Assembly: GCA_030606485.1 (NCBI GenBank)
Contig: JAUWGH010000001.1
Span: 570,001-602,000 of the forward strand
DNA length: 32,000 nt
Direction: 5' to 3'
Source of the DNA: Promethearchaeota archaeon
GTDB taxonomy: Archaea > Asgardarchaeota > Lokiarchaeia > Sigyniarchaeales > SOKP01
The position numbers were made by a program, and so were the translations under genes. Positions 28,794 through 32,000 of the stretch are shown here, in pieces. Position 1 is the first letter of the stretch. The number at the start of each line of letters is the position of its first letter. Under the pieces are notes generated by a model. The model made no database searches. It had not been told where the DNA came from and saw only the letters and a program-made list of their open reading frames with translations.

Positions 28794-29798
28794 ATGAAAG
28801 AAATAAATTTTGTTACTATGTGTGATAAAAATTATTTTCCTTACGTTAATTTTTCAGCAAAGCAATTAATGAAATTTTATCCTAACTGCAAATTTTTTAT
28901 ATATGATTGGGGATTTACACAGCCTCAAAAGAACATATTAAAATCTTATCCTATCACAATCTTAGTTGATTGGTATGAAAAAATAGATTGGGAGTTTGGT
29001 TATAAGAAAATAACAGAAAAATTTGAAGGATATATCCCTCCACATGATAATTTGGTTCAAAGGAAAAATGAATATTTATATAGTCAAGTCCCCGTTTGTA
29101 TTCTAGATTGCGCAAAAAGAATTAATGAAAATTTAATTGTTCTCGATGGAGATGCTTTTTTAATTAATAAAATTGACGAAATATTTGAAGATAATTTCGA
29201 TATTGGAGTAACTCTTCGACCAAAAGATGAAATTGAAAGGGCAAGAAAAATGGGTATTGAGGCTGAACTTAATACGGCTGTAATTTTTTTTAAATTAGAT
29301 TCTAAACGTATGCAATTATTTATTGAACAATGGATTAGAGATATAGAAACATCAAAAAAGGCATGGGTTGATCAAACAAGCTTAATAACCTTGATTAAAC
29401 AAAGAAAAAGAAACATTTTAACCGATTATTATAACAAGGGGATCATAAGTATATCTAATATAGAATTTAAAATTAAAACATTTCCTTGTAATATTTATGG
29501 TCTCTACCAGATTGAAAAAGGGTATAATGATAAAAAAGTAAAAATATTACATATTAAAAGTGAAAGAAGAAAAGAAAATATTAGAGAGAGGATAAGAGGA
29601 ATAAGAATCTATTTAACGATCTCAAAAATTTTAAAAATATTGCCAAAATTAATTAGGAATCGAATAATTAAGATAATGGATATAAAAACTTTGATAATTT
29701 TTATAATTCGTCCTCAAAAATTAAAAAAAATTGAAAAGATAACCTTCAAATGGTTAAAATTTAAAAAATTATTAAATTTTGCTTTAAAATTTTTCTGA
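28794..29798 (+). CDS. Putative nucleotide-diphospho-sugar transferase (GT-A fold)
   Basis: FVTMCDKNYF, IYDWG, VLDGDAFL (DxD), FDIGVTLR, LNTAVIFF, WVDQTSL. Confidence 0.65.
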   Translation: MKEINFVTMCDKNYFPYVNFSAKQLMKFYPNCKFFIYDWGFTQPQKNILKSYPITILVDWYEKIDWEFGYKKITEKFEGYIPPHDNLVQRKNEYLYSQVPVCILDCAKRINENLIVLDGDAFLINKIDEIFEDNFDIGVTLRPKDEIERARKMGIEAELNTAVIFFKLDSKRMQLFIEQWIRDIETSKKAWVDQTSLITLIKQRKRNILTDYYNKGIISISNIEFKIKTFPCNIYGLYQIEKGYNDKKVKILHIKSERRKENIRERIRGIRIYLTISKILKILPKLIRNRIIKIMDIKTLIIFIIRPQKLKKIEKITFKWLKFKKLLNFALKFF

Positions 29799-29803
29799 AA
29801 TAA

Positions 29804-30769
29804 TCACCTTTTTGCGTAAATTAATCCTAAAAAATTACTTTTTATTTCACAATATATCTTATCAAAACCAATATCAGCTAATAATTTTTTTGCATATTCT
29901 GAATTCCTATTTTTGTCGATATTATGATATTCCAAAATAATTCCCTCTTTAATTTTTTCCAATAAAGAATTTTCTAATATATTTTCCAAGATCTCATATT
30001 CACAACCTTCGCAATCTATTTTTAATATATCAATGGATTCTTTTAAAATATCTTTAAAGGGTACAAGATTAATTTTTTGTTTCTCCATAATATTCATTTT
30101 TTCATTAAATTCATGATATAAACTTGTTGATCCTTTTATCTCAGTTATATTTAAAATTCCTTCTTTATAATTATTAGAAACACCAATATTGAAAGGTATA
30201 ATTTTTTCTTCTAAGTTATTCATTTTTATATTTGATTTCAATATTTCAAATACTTCTCTATTTATTTCATAAACATAAACTTTCTTAGCACCTTCTGAAA
30301 TAAAATATAAAGCTGTATCACCTATAAAACCGCCTATATCAATAATTATTTTATTTTTATAATCAAATTTATTATAATTTTCATCAATAAATATTTCATT
30401 TATTTGATAAATTCCATTTATATTATCAATTAATTGTAAATTCAAACCCCAAATTTGAACTATAATTTTAGTTCCAAGATTTTTTATGATTACATTATTT
30501 TTAAAGGCTTTAATATAAAAATATAAATAGCGCCAATAATTTTTGCTAAGCTCTTGAAATTTAAAACCATTTTTAAAAACTACGTCTGTTTTTTTTTTAA
30601 TATTCAGTAAAATTAATAATAAATCAAACCAATTACGAATATTTTTATATTCTTTTGCTAACCATTTAATTCTTTTACTTGTTACTGGATCGAATAAAAT
30701 GTTTATAAAAGTATTAAAAACTTTTATACTAATTTTATTTTTCAGAAAAAAATTTATTTTTATTTTCAT
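29804..30769 (-). CDS. FkbM-family methyltransferase
   Basis: IIDIGGFIGDTALYF, VYVYEIN, IDILKIDCEGCEYEI, ILEYH. Confidence 0.88.
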   Translation of the reverse strand: MKIKINFFLKNKISIKVFNTFINILFDPVTSKRIKWLAKEYKNIRNWFDLLLILLNIKKKTDVVFKNGFKFQELSKNYWRYLYFYIKAFKNNVIIKNLGTKIIVQIWGLNLQLIDNINGIYQINEIFIDENYNKFDYKNKIIIDIGGFIGDTALYFISEGAKKVYVYEINREVFEILKSNIKMNNLEEKIIPFNIGVSNNYKEGILNITEIKGSTSLYHEFNEKMNIMEKQKINLVPFKDILKESIDILKIDCEGCEYEILENILENSLLEKIKEGIILEYHNIDKNRNSEYAKKLLADIGFDKIYCEIKSNFLGLIYAKR

Positions 30770-30970
30770 ATATACATTTATAGTTCAATTAAGTTATAAA
30801 TTAAAAATATTATAATTTTATTTAAAGAAAATTGACAGGTTTAGTATTTCTTAATTTCAATTTATCGACAAAAATGTTTAAAGGTTCTTTGTTTTAAGTT
30901 AAAACATATTTTTTTTAAAAGATACATTCAAATTCAGCCTAAAATTTCATTTGAATATAAAATTAATATA

Positions 30971-31457
30971 TTTTTTGATGTTATTTAGGCAATAGATCTC
31001 TATCCGATTTAAATTTGCTTCCAGGAAAATGTTTCAACTTTTAATAATAAAATTGAATGTACAAACATGTTTAGGGGTTCTTATTCTAATTCTATAATTA
31101 AAAGGGGTAATGATCCTTCTGTAAAAGAAAGTTCATAACATTACAAGTTTAAAAAGGGCGGTAGGCATTTTTATACTCACCTATCTAGAATTTTTTTATA
31201 AATTAGAAAACTCGAGAAATGAACGCTCATTTTCCATTCTTGAAAAACTTATTAATTTCCGAAGTAAAAGAAATTAAAAATATTGGAATCAATTACTTAA
31301 TTCTTATTTTACAGTTCGCGAATTTCCGTTAATCTTGAAAGAATTATTAAATGAATTGGGATTTTCCCCTCAAATGGTACATAAGCGTCAATTAAACTAT
31401 TAACTTGAAAATCGTATGAAAAATGTTAATATCGAATTTAAATTTAAAGGTGATTAA
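30971..31457 (+). pseudogene. Heavily decayed gene remnant, possibly a class I methyltransferase
   Basis: Long protein-like runs broken by sparse stops and one frameshift at the T7 at 31191-31197: ...AIDLYP*ICFQENV...KESS*HYKFKKGGRHFYTHLSRIF / KLENSRNE...RN*KYWNQLLNSYFTVREFPLILKELLNELGF...NY*. FKKGGRHFYT resembles the LKPGG post-motif. Confidence 0.35.
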
Positions 31458-31495
31458 AGATTAAAAAAAAGAATTTAAATTAAAAATTATCGCAG

Positions 31496-31511
31496 TTTTT
31501 TTTTAAAAAAA
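31496..31511. terminator. T9-A7 tract, possible bidirectional oligo-T terminator between convergent units
   Basis: Lies about 20 nt past the stop at 31532 (minus) and about 40 nt past the remnant stop at 31457 (plus); weak given the AT content. Confidence 0.25.
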
Positions 31512-31531
31512 GTAGAACTCTTATTAAAATG

Positions 31532-32000
31532 TTAAAAATATTTCATTCTAAATACATCTTTTTTTTTCATTTCTTCTTGTATCAAGGAAGGATATAGTAA
31601 ATATTTTTTAGGATCATATTTAATATAATCATTTTTATCAAAATGAATATTTTTTAAATAAATCTGTAAAGCTTTTTTGATGTTATTTGTATTGTATTTT
31701 TCCTTTATAATACTTTTAATATAAGATAATAGAGTAGGATATTTTTTATAATTCCCTAATGCTCGCCAATTTGTTCTTTCTGAACGTAAAAAATAATTTA
31801 ATCCTGTTTTAATATCACAATGCATCCAAAAAACAGTTTTATAAGTAATATTATTCATATAAGATTGAAAAGTGGCATATTCCCTTCTACCAAATCGAGT
31901 AAATGTCAAATAAGGGAAGTATTCATAAATACTTATCCTCGGGCCTGCTAAAATTTTCAATTCATGTTTTAGAAAATCTCTAATTCTAGAATGCCAAAAA
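31532..32000 (-). CDS. Hypothetical protein, C-terminal part; 5' end lies beyond the window
   Basis: Frame stays open from the track start (TTG 31960) to the right edge (FWHSRIRDFLKHE-LKILAGP...), so the track start is not the real one. Confidence 0.7.
   Translation of the reverse strand, partial: FWHSRIRDFLKHELKILAGPRISIYEYFPYLTFTRFGRREYATFQSYMNNITYKTVFWMHCDIKTGLNYFLRSERTNWRALGNYKKYPTLLSYIKSIIKEKYNTNNIKKALQIYLKNIHFDKNDYIKYDPKKYLLYPSLIQEEMKKKDVFRMKYF

Noticed and set aside
30926-30956. ATTCAAAT...ATTTGAAT inverted repeat as an operator
   Set aside because: An 8 bp AT-only arm is not significant in this composition, and no regulator gene is nearby.
1-32000. CRISPR arrays, tRNA/rRNA, IS elements, prophage genes
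   Set aside because: No regularly spaced repeats, cloverleaf or GC-rich structured RNA, transposase, integrase or phage motifs were seen by eye.

Overview
Very AT-rich (roughly 22-27% GC by eye) 32 kb segment of a mosaic surface-glycan (polysaccharide or S-layer glycosylation) biosynthesis locus. AGGTGAG-type Shine-Dalgarno motifs, frequent TTG starts and the gene style fit an archaeon, possibly Asgard/Lokiarchaeia-like; this is inference, as no marker gene is present. It encodes: NDP-sugar enzymes (two FdtA-type isomerases, two FdtB-type and one VioA-type aminotransferases, an HddA-like kinase, a Gmd-like dehydratase, an SDR epimerase), WbqC, a hexapeptide acyltransferase, a beta-propeller protein, 4-6 glycosyltransferases, a radical SAM enzyme, an ABC-2 exporter pair and about 11 SAM methyltransferase genes or remnants. 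Structure not shown by the ORF track: (1) a three-gene fdtA/fdtB/methyltransferase cassette present twice in inverted orientation about 23 kb apart, with the methyltransferase locally flipped in one copy; (2) an in-frame flippase::RfbH chimeric deletion scar; (3) a probable ATC start codon; (4) several disrupted genes. No rRNA, tRNA, CRISPR array or transposase was recognised.
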